From: Ramazzottius varieornatus
Lineage: Eukaryota; Animalia; Tardigrada
DNA length: 64,000 bases
Direction: 5' to 3'
Assembly (NCBI GenBank): GCA_001949185.1
Contig: BDGG01000002.1
Span: forward strand, 2,043,826 to 2,107,825
Shown: positions 1-17,166 of the stretch, in pieces
Layout: each line of letters begins with the position of its first letter
How positions within the stretch are numbered: the first letter of the stretch is position 1
Translations under genes and position numbers: made by a program
The notes under the pieces: generated by a model
The model's database searches: none
What the model saw: the letters and a program-made list of their open reading frames with translations, nothing else
Told to the model about the DNA's origin: nothing

Positions 1-1598
1 TCCTGGAAGAACGATAACGCTGGATGATCGCTTCGCATCAGGAGCGTCATGACTGGATGGAGTAGTCGGAGACGCCGCGATTGGAGTTGTCGCCGCTGCA
101 AAAATAACCAGAGAGTAAATAAGTTCGGATGTTCGATCAAAACGTTCATTCTCCAACTGTATTTTTTTTATCGTTTACACAACAACCAACATGGAAGACC
201 GCGGTACAGTACCTGGGTTCGACATGTTGGAATCGGTAAAGTTAACCTCGGAAAAGCAACACAAACTCGATCAACGCCAATATTTCTCAGTCGGACTCAT
301 TCCATAGTTTGGAAGCAATTCTTATCCATAGAACAACATCAGGGGATTCCCTTTCGCGAAGTTCCTCGGTCAAAGCAGGCTGAAAGGGTTGATCGCCTAG
401 ATAATCCGACCAGAGGGTGTATATCGAACAAACAACTCGTGCCTCAGGGTCAAACCTTCATTCCGAGACCTTTCCGACAGAGTTGCTAAATAAAAACCCA
501 ACGTCTAAGTTTCCTACTGATCCAGACGAACTAAGATAATGAGGGTAGACTATCAGCATCCCAATGCCTCATTACGGTCGAAAGCACGACGTGAAAACCC
601 CAGCTATCCAACAGCGTCAATACAAATGTGACTGTTTCTTCTGTCAGTGGTTCAAGTTCTTCGTCATCTTCAACTGTAATGTTCGACGCGGTGAAATTTG
701 AGTACGACGTCTCGAGAATTCCAAGCTAGGCACGAGGTCAGCTAATGCTAGCTTCTTCCTCAGCTCCTAGCTATACGACGTGTTCTAGAGCGGAAGCCCA
801 CATGCCGGACTATTTCTTCAATGAAACTGCAGTTCCAGATGGGAGTGTCGTGTATGAGAGAGAAACACCGCTGCCGTTGGCAATTACGCCATACTGCACA
901 TGATGGATGCCGTATTTCTTACAAGTACTCCAAGGAGCCGAAGAGCGTCTCGGTTGAACGGACTGTACCATTTCTATTTTTACTCAAAGTATATCCTACG
1001 AAGAGCGCTAAACGATCGCAGGCAACGTAGAACATGACTGATGGCGATACAGCAAAGCACAACTAAAGAACTAGTCTTAGGCCCTCTTAAATCTCCTTCA
1101 AAACACTCCCCGGTATCTAAACTTATCATGAACCTGTAATTTTATTTTTCGAACCATTGCGTGGGAAAGATTGCACCGCAAATTCAGTAGCCGCTAGCTA
1201 GCTTGAAGTAAAGCCAAGCAAGAAATGATGGTTCGTCGCCAGAGGCGGCTAGAGGTACGAGGTAAACACATAATTCGGGCGTGAAGGTTTTTCACTCGTA
1301 ATTCGTGCATATTTTTTCTCAGCTCCTGCTGCGCGTAATGAACCGCTTCTTGTTTCCTGAGATAGACTGATCCCTCTCCTCGAGGTTTCAATAGGTTTGA
1401 GAACGGGAAAGCGTTGTAGATTACGGGACTTTGGCCTGGGATAGAGATGGGTCTGTCCAATGTCAAAAAGCCTAATGTTGTATCAACACACGTACGATGA
1501 GGGATGAATCAAGCGTTGAAAGTAATGTTCAAACCTTTCGCGCTGCCCGAATTATGGTGCGAAAATCGATATGCCCGAATTATGTCGTTCACCTCGTG

Positions 1599-1723
1599 TT
1601 AAAAAGGTCCGCAGTTTGGCTCTTTTTCTACGAAGTTGCTTGTCAGGTCCGTGCTCGACACAACCTTGACTGGTAATCCATGAAAATTTCGTAGAATAAG
1701 GGCCAAATGGCGGACCTTTTTAA
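1599..1723. mobile_element. MITE-like palindromic element, family B (copy 1)
   Basis: Inverted ends TTAAAAAGGTCCGC...GCGGACCTTTTTAA. The interior (GTCAGGTCCGTGCTCG...CAACCTTG) recurs at about 42940-43090. Confidence 0.65.
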
Positions 1724-2032
1724 TACCTTCAGCCGCATCTGTTCGTCGCTGGCGCTACCTGTAGAGCCATGTCAAAGCCACAGCGCCATCTCGAGGTGAT
1801 TGACGTCAAAACGGTTAAGTAGTGTTGAACAGCTGATCGCTCTTCTGGAAAACGTGTGGGCGGAGCTAAAGCTGACTCGGCAGAAATTCTCAGATCCGGT
1901 TTGGTTATCTTCCGATCTTCCCTCTGTCTTCCTTATCTTTCGAATCAGTGCCTTACTGATCTTACGTTGATGTCGCTATCTTACGTTTCTCGGCAGGTTC
2001 CGAGACATCAGCTATTTTTCAAGAATCAAGCC

Positions 2033-5000
2033 ATGTCTTTCAAGGAAGAGGATCCGTCTGCCTTCAGCGTCAACCTGATTCGGAAGCTGGACAGCAGCGC
2101 CTCGGAAGTTATCAGCAAAGCCAACGATGTCAAGCTCTACCGATACGACACGGCGAACGAGAAATGGGTATGGAAAGTTGACTTCAAACTTTTTCTGAAC
2201 AACGAGTTTTAATTCTCACGAGTGGCTGGACTTGCAGGCTTCGACGGAAATGGAAGGCACATTGGTATTCTATCGACGGTAAGATTTTTTGGCTCTAGTG
2301 GGTTTACGACAGTGTTACTTTACTATGCAGTTAAAATTATTAAAAGTCACGTGCTAATGTTAAGTCTACGTGATCAGCTGACAGCAAGAAAAATCAATTA
2401 TCGCTGACGAACTTCAGTTATTAAAGTTAAAATTCGGTTTCCTATTATGGATCAATCAATCAAGGGAACACCAGCCCACACAATTAAAGCGATTCTAATT
2501 ATTAAAATCGATTTTCTATTATAATGATTAAAATAACACTGGTTTACGTTGACTGGAGCATCGAAGAATGCGTGCGCACGAGAGTCATGTGCGCACTGGT
2601 ACGTTGCGCTGAGTGAGTCATGCACATGCATACAACAAGCCGAATTTAATTGCAACTGATGAAGACACTTCCGTCTTCCGCGGTTCTTTGAGGAATTGCT
2701 CAATGCTGGTTTGTTCCGCTATGCTGACAGCGGGATTAAGGAATGCTGCTACGGAGAACAACTCTATCAGCATACGGAGTAATTTACTCCGCAAGTGCTA
2801 CGTTTACACTCACTACAAATTGCTCGTCTCATCAATCGTAAGTTCGTAACCCACCAACACCATGGCGACCTTCCGTTCTTACGAAACAGTCGTCTGTTAG
2901 GAAGCTGTTCGAACTGGTGTTTTTCTACGTTCGACATGATCTCAAACGTAAAGTTTGACACGTTACTTGTGAGAGAACCTTGTCAAGCCCGCACAGAGCT
3001 GACGAGCTGAGCAGCTCGTGGATAACAAAAACGATACGCGAGAGATTTCTTGTCGTTTCTCTCGAAATTCAATCCGACGCTAACGACGCTGTTTCGTAAA
3101 TTTTTAATGGTAAAACGTCTCATCTTTCCTGAAGATATTTCATCCTGTTGGAAAGTGGGTTGAGAGCTTTTCTCAATTTTTGGTCCTAACCTACTTCCTC
3201 CGAAAAATTATCATGAAAGACAGCATGCTTTTCTCCCTTACAAAATTATTCCACTTACCTTTGTACTGTTTTGCGGACGCTTTTTGACTTCTTTAGCTCA
3301 CGAGAGCGCGGCTTGTTCCTCGAACACCACCCGGCGCGGAAACGTTCGGAGCGATGAAGTAAGTCCTTGAAGGCGTTTGAGCTGGTGGTTTTTTCTTTTG
3401 GTGTCAGGGCGTCCCGCTGTGATGTTCAGTCAGTGCGATGTAATCACTGACAACCGTTGACAGGTTTTCGCAGTCGAAAACATAAGGTCTCCACACCTAA
3501 CAGAACACAAGATTTCGGGAACGAACGGACAAACAAAGGACTTTCAAAAGTCTTCTGAAACATTCCGCGAAGGAAGACCACAGGTAGTGAAAAAACAAGA
3601 CGGACTCGTGAGCTGGCTGCCAGCAGGCTTGTGGTAATGTGAATGGACGCTGGCCGAAGTAGCAATCAAGATCAAGCAAACCTGCGCTATGAAATTTCGC
3701 AGTTTTTCAAAGCTGAAAATAACTTCGGACGAAGGCTCGCTTCTCGACAGGGTTTCGCTGATATGAGGAGAAGGTCGAACGGCGCCGTTGGTAGGAGCGG
3801 GAGAAAGGTTCCGCGCGATGGAGGAGAGGGAAACGCTGAAGAAAGCGACGGTTGTGATTTAGTTGAGATCAAAGCGCGAAAATATTTGTAGGGCTTCTTC
3901 GTCGCGTCGTCCTCGGCATCTTGGTCGTTTGGCTGCTGCTTCTGTGGCGGTGCTGAGGCTTTTCTTTTTAATGACATCGCATGCCGGTGTTGACATTCCA
4001 CATGTTCCGTCTCATCGGAGAGATGGAGAGCACTCTTGACTGCAGACCGACGGCGAGATTCCTCAGCTCCTGGGTGGCGCGCGTACTTCATCGCGCTGTT
4101 TGTGTATACAGTCCTTGATCAATCGAACTATTTGAGAACTTATAAATAAGCTCTCTTCTCAATCGACGTCTCATCATAGTAATGCTTACTCGCCATCTTC
4201 TTGACTAAATTTTCGGGGATCTCATGTATTCGACAGACTCAATACAGCTGACTTCCGCCGCAATGGCGCGTTTCTGTTGATGGCTGTGGTCAAAAAGGTC
4301 AATCAACACTTTCATGGCTGACCTATCAATCAACCGATTACGTCATCGAACACTGCAGTTTTGTCGGTCACGTGGTTACGCCTTAAGTTCGATAATATCA
4401 CGTGGTCAAAAGCTGACGTCATTCCAAAATGGCAACAAATGGACAGAAAACCTGGCGGTTTAAAATGAGAGCCTGTACAAATCGGGTGGCTTGCATGCAG
4501 TGCGGGCGATGATACAGGGTGACCTGGGCATGCGTCAGGTGGTTAATTAGTTTTCGTGATTTCGTTTGTTGTTGCAGGTTGGACGATCCTTCATTCGGTT
4601 TAATTCTCCTCGGTCGCGACCCTGCTCATTCCCACAGTTGGCATCAGACGTTCGGTTCTGGAGTTGAACTACAGTCCCGGTCTCCGTTCTTGTTGTACAG
4701 AAGTTTTGATGCTCTTACGGGTACGTGCGCACTGCGCAGCTTTTATTGAAAGTCCGAGGTATGTTTGATCATAACGGTTGATTGTGATACAGGTAGCTTG
4801 ATTGAAGGTTTGTGGTTTCCGTCGCGTGAAGAGTGCGAAAGCATGTACAACCAGATCCAGTCTACCACCTCCCAAAGTTCCCTTCCCAGCTACGCCGCCA
4901 TGGTCACCGGGCCCGTTAAGAAAGAAGAGTACAGTCCGGAAGTGAAGAAGAAGCGAAACTTGTTGGATGGACTGGAAGAGAATGAGTTGAAGGCGCGCAC

Positions 5001-6389
5001 TCAAGCAGCTGAACAAGCAGCCCGTGTCCTCCATTCCAAAGCCCCTGCTTGCGAGCACTGTGGCAAAACCAACCATCCCAGTTACCGCTGTTTCAAGAAG
5101 AATGGCCGGCCGGATCAACAACAAGGGAAAATCTTTATGAACAGTAACTCAGGCGGCAGCAAGCCGATCAACATTGCCAAACGCGATCAGGTAAGTTTCC
5201 TCGTGTTGCTCGCGCATGACGTCATCGAATCTTGCAGCGTCCCTGCGTTGGTGACCTTAGTTGTGTGATTTTGCATGGTTGATTGATCTATTGGGTACGT
5301 GTGATTTGATTGGCTTGTTTTTGCAGTCGAACGCATCATCGCAGTATCGATCTAGTCAACCTCAGCCTTCGGTTCTTTCTCCCCCGAATTACACTGACGC
5401 TGCCATCCTGGAAAGCAAGTCCACTTCTTCGTCGTCCGCTACTGCGCAAATGCTGTCAGGAGTGGGATACACTCGCGAAGAAGCCTCGGCCATGACGCCG
5501 ATCAAGCTGTCATCGATGATGCGCCACGAAGCGCCACAGCAGCCTTACCTGATGCCACCTATCCTGAACCAGCCACAGCCTCTCATGGATATGGGCTTTG
5601 CCTCGAATCATCTGCGAGGCTTGCTGAACCTTGGATCAGGTCAAGCTCGTCAGCCCGAAACGCCGGAACATGGCCATACGAACAACTTGGTCAACAATTC
5701 TCTCAGCTTGAGCGCCAGCAGCGTCGCGAATATGGCTGAACACGGGGACGGGGAAAATGTGCACAGGTTCGTGCGAGATGTCAGCGAGAAGCTCGGCGCG
5801 TCGGCAACAGGTAAGAAGTTGTTGTCTGTTGCTTTCTGGCTGTCGAAGTAAACTTCGAAGATTTGAGTTTTTCAATAACCATTGAAATTTGGAAATCATC
5901 TGCGGCACGGCCTCGTGTGTGGAGTGGCACGGCCTTGTACTGTGAAGGTTTAGTGTTGGTTTCCCGACAGATTTAGTCTGGTATCCATTTTCTTCCCATG
6001 TTTTATATGCTTGTGTTGCAGGTGTGGTTGATTCGAGGTACCTGGGTGGAAGTTCGACGGCTTTAAGTGGTGAAAGCAACGACGCGCGGCGAAATTCGGG
6101 TCAATCAGGAATGGCTCTTCGTCCACCGCACCACTTCGAGAGCTCGATGGGAGGCATACAGCAAGACATGGGCCAGCAGCTGCTTCTGCCACAGCACATG
6201 GACGGTATGGTGGCTAACCGGAGAATGGAGAACGGCGTTGGACATGGCCGAGACGGCGTGACCGTGCACCCGCTGACCAAGGACCAGCTGCTGCAAGCCA
6301 TGGAGTACCTGATGAGAACCGACCGGGACTTTGTCGGCAAGCTACACGAAGCTTATATTAAAAGCATGATGGAACATTTGAGACTGTGA
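2033..6389 (+). CDS. DCP1: mRNA-decapping enzyme subunit DCP1 (multi-exon; divergent EVH1 domain, CCHC knuckle, C-terminal trimerisation helix)
   Basis: Spliced exons give MSFKEEDPSAFSVNLIRKLDSSASEVISKANDVKLYRYDTANEKW|ASTEMEGTLVFYRR|LDDPSFGLILL...SPFLLYRS|...IEGLWF, matching the Dcp1 EVH1 pattern (W-x-T-x-x-EGTL-x-x-YRR, PFLLYR, WF). The last exon has PLTKDQLLQAMEYLMRTDRDFVGKLHEAY, the Dcp1 trimerisation domain. Introns are GT-AG; intron 2 is about 2.3 kb. Confidence 0.88.
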
Positions 6390-7019
6390 TAAACGATGAT
6401 AGTCTCTTTAGAAAAAGTAGTTTTTGTGCTTTTGTTCGCTGTTGAAGAATAATTTGGAAATGTGTTGACTAATTGGATAATTCTGTACATAGGTTGGTTC
6501 ACTAATGGAGACAACTTTTTGGGTTTCGGTTCGAGCTTGACGATCTCGATGGAAGATTTCTTGTTGCGGTACTTTATATAGGGAGTTAATTGACGATGGT
6601 AGTCTTCTTTTTAGTTTTTCTGCCTCCTGGCTTTTCAGTTTTCGAAACTTTTCGCTTATGGAACCTGTGTCGATAATGTGGTAGATTCTGTTCGTGAAGA
6701 AAATATGCTGAAGTGAAAATGTGGTGGACGTTAAATGTTCGGTATTTAGGCTTTGTTTGAAGGTTGTCTGGAGAACGAGGGAAGCTAGGTACGGGAAGGG
6801 ACGGTGAATTGTCGGAAAGAACACTTGGCAACTCTTGTGGGTGATATTTAGCAACAGAATCGGCGGTTGTCAGGATCAGTCTCGGAAAGTGTCTCGACAG
6901 ACTAGTCGCAATAGTGTACAGCTCTGTTGAGTTCGTGAAAGTTCTTCGTATTTGGCAGGCCTGTTTCTTGAGGTCGCCACTTCTGAGTTTTCTTTTTAGT
7001 AGCTTCTTGACATTTCATC

Positions 7020-7848
7020 ATGTGCCGAGCATCGTTCGTTCTAGTTACGGTTTTTCTGGTAGCGATAAGGCAGGCCTCCGCCGTACCAGACACTGTGGGT
7101 TTGACGACCCCTAACACTCCTCCTCTGTTGAACAATATGGTGGTCACTGGCACCGATGCTTCCAAAGTTGTCATCGTAATTGACGGTACCGTCAACGTTA
7201 AAGCAGGAGTTGCTGCCAACGCCCTCCTCATTCACAAGACAGGTACCGTACCGTCTTGGTGTCGTAACACTATACCAAATAACATACTCCAGCTGCTCTC
7301 TTCTTCTAGTTGCTGATCCGGGTGTCGCGCTGGGCGGATGCATAAAAGCTGTCGGTGTATCCACCACCGATCTTATGTGCCAGTGTACATCCGCCAACTC
7401 GACGACAGGAACTGGTGCGGCTGTTGCACCTACCACTTCGCCCCTGATGAACGGAGCTGCGCCCATCTACACTGCCACCGTTCCCGTCTACATCTGGCAA
7501 GCGTTCTGCAGCGCACAGACAAATCTGTGTGGCAGCACGGCTGGTGCCACCGCTTGCGTTGCTGCTGCTGCTGCCCCAGCTGCTGGTGCTGCTGCCGCCG
7601 CCAATACCACAGCTCCCGTTGCTGGTGGTGGTAACGCAACAACAATTGCTCCTGGAGCAACAACGACAGCGAAAGCCAGCGCTTCGACGACCGGTAAGTT
7701 CTCGGCCATATTCTGGCCGAGAAGCCTTCATCTCCATGCCGACGGTTGCCGCCACCTAATCTTGTCTTTCGCTGTTGCAGCATCCAAGATGGTTGCCTTG
7801 ACCGTCGCACCGCTGGCCATGCTTGCCGTTGCCAACCTTGTTGTCTAG
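7020..7848 (+). CDS. Secreted, probably GPI-anchored, Cys-containing Ala/Thr-rich surface protein (3 exons)
   Basis: Signal-peptide-like N-terminus MCRASFVLVTVFLVAIRQASA. Introns 7243-7309 and about 7694-7780 keep the frame. Six Cys in exon 2, an Ala/Thr stalk with N-x-T sequons, and a hydrophobic C-terminus ASKMVALTVAPLAMLAVANLVV. Confidence 0.7.
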
Positions 7849-8375
7849 GCATCGACTGTCCGTTACGTTCCTTGTTTTTCCCCCCTTTGTTACGTTGAAA
7901 CCGCGATTGCACGTTGCATCGCAACCTGTCCCTTTCTTGTTTTTTTTATGGGTCCTTCTTTTACTGTTGTACATTTTCCTTCGTTGGATAAAAGTATGCT
8001 TGGCCACGTTGGCCGATCTACTTTTCCTCCTGGTTACGTTTCTCTCTACTTTTTGTCACATGGTTACTGTTGCTAAAATTTCCCTCGCAAGTTAAAGCCT
8101 TCCTTGTTACCCTCGCTAACCCGTTCAGCACGCTAGATTCCTGCAAGGTCCTTCGCTCCGTTCCATGGTGCTCGCGGTCGTTCCCATGCCAAGCTAGGCT
8201 TACTACACCGTCTCTCGTGCCTTGCTCCTCAATAACTCGCGCACTCGGTTCCATCTTCTCTCTTATCTTCATTCCTCATAACAGACGGAAAAACGAGTCC
8301 TCACAACAGTGAACATACAGAAGGGAAGTTTGTCTGCAGACAGCCCAAAAAATTCGAAAAGAAACATGCAAAAGT

Positions 8376-12825
<4,450 letters not shown>

Positions 12826-13631
12826 CCCAGGATAACTCGTAGACCTCAAGATTCCACTTTCCTACAGCATCAATCATACGGAGCAGTTTTGAGTCGCTGC
12901 CAAGTGCCAAGTCGAGTAGGAAAAAGAGTTTGGACTTTGGAAACAATTCACAATTTCACAGAACGAGAAGTCGCGAACTGGAAATTTGGACAGGTCAAGC
13001 CCCTTGGAGGTGGGCGGAAGTGCCTAGGTCTGTGCCCATGTCCCCAGACTGGACTATGCCCGTACTGGCCATACAGGGGACACTGACAGGTGAGCTGAAG
13101 ACTGGAAAATTTTCTAACTCAGCTCTCTTCTCTTCCATGAACCACAGGTGCTGGTATTCTGCCTCATCTAAGTTCGAAACGCCATCTCTTACGATTCTCC
13201 GATACCGCACATTATGACACCCAAGATCGGGGGATTATTCGTCAACTCCAAAGACAGCTCTGCAGTGGTTTCTAAAGGACTTTTATTTTTGTATCCGAGG
13301 GGTAAGATGGAATTGCAATTTCGCGGCGTAATTGCAGAACTGTTTTCTGATTGGTCGAAAGAATGATGACGTCAGTCATCTACCCCTCGGATACAAAAAT
13401 AAAAGTTCTTCAGAAACCACTGCAGCTCTGCGAAGCGACTGAAAACTTCGATCGTGCAGGGGCGATCAGTCAACGGTCGGAGAAGACCCGGAGGAAGTCA
13501 CACAAGGTATCTTCGCAGCGAAAGAAATCTTTCCGTTCATCCCGAATCAAGTTCTGGCAGAGCTTTTTGGCCAGCTGGTCCACTGGTCAAAAATTTTCTC
13601 AGCGAGCTCGCAGACAGGCCTCAAGAATCTT

Positions 13632-14651
13632 ATGGTCGACGTCAAGAACTTTTGGGCCGTGTTCAGCCATGAAACAGAAATTAAACGCTTCCAGGAAGTT
13701 CTCCTTTCGCTCCAAACATTCAATTTCTCTCTAAGGGATATAACAGTGCAAAGGCGGCAGCATCGCCATGTTATTGCCATACATTCATCGGGCATACTAG
13801 TTGATATCCCTCGTCTCTCAAGATGGGCAGCTCGAGTATCAGTACAAGGATGTACCGCCGAACTCATCAATGGATTTTATCCCCAACCATTGGATAGTGT
13901 GCTCCCTACTCGCAAAGTTTTTCCTGAGGTATGACGAAATACAGGTACACTTTGTCGGTACCTGCCTCTCTCTGGTGGTCTCTTATGAGGGAAACTAGCC
14001 GTTTTCCTAACTTTAACAGACTGAACACCTCGGGTCTGGCTGACAAAACACCCTCGTTACACGTCGGCCTAAAGTGATCTCGTAAACACGCTTGGAACAC
14101 GTATGACGAAATTGAGATATACTTTAGTCATTCCTGCGGGTGTTTCAAGCCTAGCTCTTTTCATCAAATTTTCTGACTAGGTGTTGGGACATGAAGGTAC
14201 AATGTTCCCACCTGGAACCGCCAGGGAACTTTCACGGATTCACACCATATATGGATTCAATGAAACGAGGAGCAAGTTGTTGAGCAAAGTAGACTCTCAA
14301 AATGTGTTCTGGCCGTATCCTAACGAGCAGCTGCAGTGGCTACTGAAATCAGCGGGAACCTGGAAGAACCAGTGCGAGAGACGGTCAAGCATTTGGATGG
14401 AAGATAGTAAAGCATATTGTACGTACATAAGCGCTACTATGTCCTTCAAGTATTTTGTCCTTCCTAACCAGTACCATTCCTATAGCTCATTCATGGAGGA
14501 CTGGGAAGTTTTTAACTGGGAAGTTAGATCTGACTATCGCTGCTATAAGCGTCGAGAGGAAACCGTACTTAATAGACTTGATCTTCCTTGGAAGACTTCT
14601 CGTGGTCATGAACAAGTACGCCAAGACTCCCGGTCAAGAGCCGCCGCCTAG
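13632..14651 (+). CDS. Uncharacterised lineage-specific protein or decayed gene
   Basis: Coding-like ORFs 13632-13934 and 14181-14651 with an AG acceptor before 14181. Frames do not join cleanly and no family was recognised. Confidence 0.3.
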
Positions 14652-14957
14652 CTTTCGCGTTCCTTGACGTCTTTGAGCTTGTGTGGAAACATCAGCAGCC
14701 AGAACAACATTCTTTTCTTACCGATTAAGTAAAACGCGGCACGGCTCTGTTAAATTGGGTGTGCTCTAGTTTAGATCTTTTGTCTGGGTATTTTCTTAAA
14801 CCCATCTGTGTTTGTCTTCAAACCGACCAAACAGTTGTGCTAGGTAAAACGCTCTGTTTGTGAAAAGAAAAGGCAGAAAGAATATTCACATCCCGCACCT
14901 TGTGTCTTACACACGGGGCCTTGGAAAACTGTGACGATATGCCAGAAATTAGACAGC

Positions 14958-17166
14958 CTAGTGCCTGACTGTGCTCGACTTCGCATGCGCATGGTTTTTC
15001 TCGCGAGATTTGTTCCTTGAAAAGGCTGGAGAAACATCGTGTGCTGACGAAGGCACTTTAGGAAGGATCCGTTCCCCAGTGGATATTTTCCGATCCGTGG
15101 AACGACGGCGCGGACTGTACACAGTGGGTAGGTCGTTAGGTCTGTTCAGTATGGCCTCTAGTGGTTGGGAGTACTGATTGAAGTCTTTGACTTCTTGACC
15201 TCCGAAATGTAATTGAATGGTGGGGTTGGCGGGGTGCGGCGAGGGACTGCGCAGCGTCTCTTCGCTATCAAAGGCTTGAATGCTGCCGCTGTAATCGTTG
15301 TTGTTGCGAATGACTTCGCTGTGCAGGCTGGCTCGCCGGTACTCCATCCTCCGTTGTCGCTCGCGACTTTCGGCATCTCCACGTTCCTGCACGACAGCAA
15401 TACTACTGGTCATTCAAACTGGCAAAAGTAGAAAGGATAATCATAAATGAGCGGCTATGTACTTACCGTCTACAGTAAATCTCGAGTTACCGTAATCACA
15501 ATTCAAGGCAAATATTTTTCAATTTCGAAAATCTCAAAAGTCAACCCGAAAACAATCCTCGGTCACATGAGCAAAAGACACTGAAATGATCGACAACACA
15601 TCCGATTTAACTTTGAAGAACCGTCAGATCTTGCAGAAACTGCCACCATGCAAACTTGTTTGGTTAATATTAGTTAAAATTGGATCTTGATTAATATTGG
15701 ATCTTGATTAATATTGGATGAGGTAATGACCCGGTTCAAGTTAAAATCCAGATCGATTGTGCTCTGAAAATTTCCTTATTCGACTTATTACTTACTCGAC
15801 TGGGATTTCAAAAAGCCAGAAAGCGTATCTGTCTTTTTGAATATAACTTTGGCATCGAGAGATAACGACTACGTACAAGAAGAAGCATGGCAGGATGATT
15901 GGGGTACTTACCCGATAACGGGAGGATAACTTGTCATTTGATGCCGCTGACGCGTTGGCAGAATTGGCGCGTGTTGATTTGGAATCGCTGCGGGCTCGAG
16001 AGCGTGATGGATACGACTCCCAGTCCAACTCTAATAATAGACATCATCCCCATCAGATTACAGCTTAACATCACTTGCCATACATAGAGAATCAGGGCTC
16101 ACTCCAAAAGATGGCCTCATAAACATGCGGACGTGGGACCACGTTGAACAATCAAATCACTAAAGGTACCTTGTAAAGGCGATCTTACCGTCGTCGGTAC
16201 TGCTTATTATTGCCTCATCCGACTGCTCGTTATCGGCTTCCGCTTGGTAATAAAGCGATGGATGAGGCGAAAAGGATGAACGTCTGTCACCAACTCTGGA
16301 AAAAATAAAACTTGTTATCATAACCAGGCCAAATGTTTACGCCCAGATAGCTTTTTCCTGAATAATCGAGCTAATGGGGCGTTGTCCTGTGGACAGCCAG
16401 TTCATGCTCGGAGAAAAGTAAAACAAACTCAACCGGAGAACTTTGATCGTAATTCTGTGGCTATTTGAGACCACGAAAAGCTTGCAAAATCCGCATTAAG
16501 AATCTAGTCCTCAACCTAGAACTCATAGACACCTCACTCAAGGTTACTTTTGGCATCCACACTGAGTCCACAAAACCGTTCAGAGGGCGTTCGCCGAGAG
16601 AAGTACGTTCTGCAGTGTAAGAAGCAGAAGCTGTCTTACCTTGACTGTCGGTAGTCCGTCATTTCTGGACTTCTAGATGAGGATAAGGCGGAATTTCGGG
16701 AAGGCGATAAAGCGGGACTTCGAGAAGGCGACCTCTGTTGAGGACTTCGTGGTGAGTTCGAAGGCGAGGTTGAAGACTGTGAATGTGTCGAGTTCCTCCT
16801 GATGTCTTCTTGACTTCTGGACTGGGAAGGATGGTTGACAACTCGATAATCGTTGGGTCGATTCGCTTGCAGATACATTTCCCCAGCATAATCGAAAGAC
16901 TCTCGTCTAGACACATGCAAAAACAAAAAGGGTTTCTAATTCCTTATGTCATTCCTCAATGTCGAATTAACGACTCCTTTTTCCGACGGAAAGACTTCTT
17001 ACCGAAGGCGATTGGCATCACGTCTGGACATGACGGTATTACCCGAATGCAGCCTCAATTGCGAAGGAGGTTCATAGTAGGCATCATGATGGATAAGCGA
17101 ATGGTTGGGGATCGAGGGATCATGGTGGGCGATGCCGGCAGATGTGTACCGGAACTGTGCGCTCAT
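14958..17166 (-). CDS. Ser/Arg/Pro-rich, probably disordered protein of unknown family (multi-exon)
   Basis: Exons with GTAAG donors and pyrimidine-AG acceptors join in frame: MSAQFRYTSAG...|RESFDYAGE...SPSRSPALSPSR|VGDRRSSFSP...|LDWESYPSRSR...; the junction to the last exon (SIAVVQERG...) is unresolved. Confidence 0.5.
15679..15719. repeat. Short tandem repeat, 17-bp unit ATTGGATCTTGATTAAT x about 2.4
   Basis: Read directly from the sequence. Confidence 0.8.

Noticed and set aside
1-1500. ORFs 49-489, 821-1030 and 1194-1466, and minus-strand coding-like fragments
   Set aside because: No recognisable family and no coherent exon chain; possibly decayed sequence.
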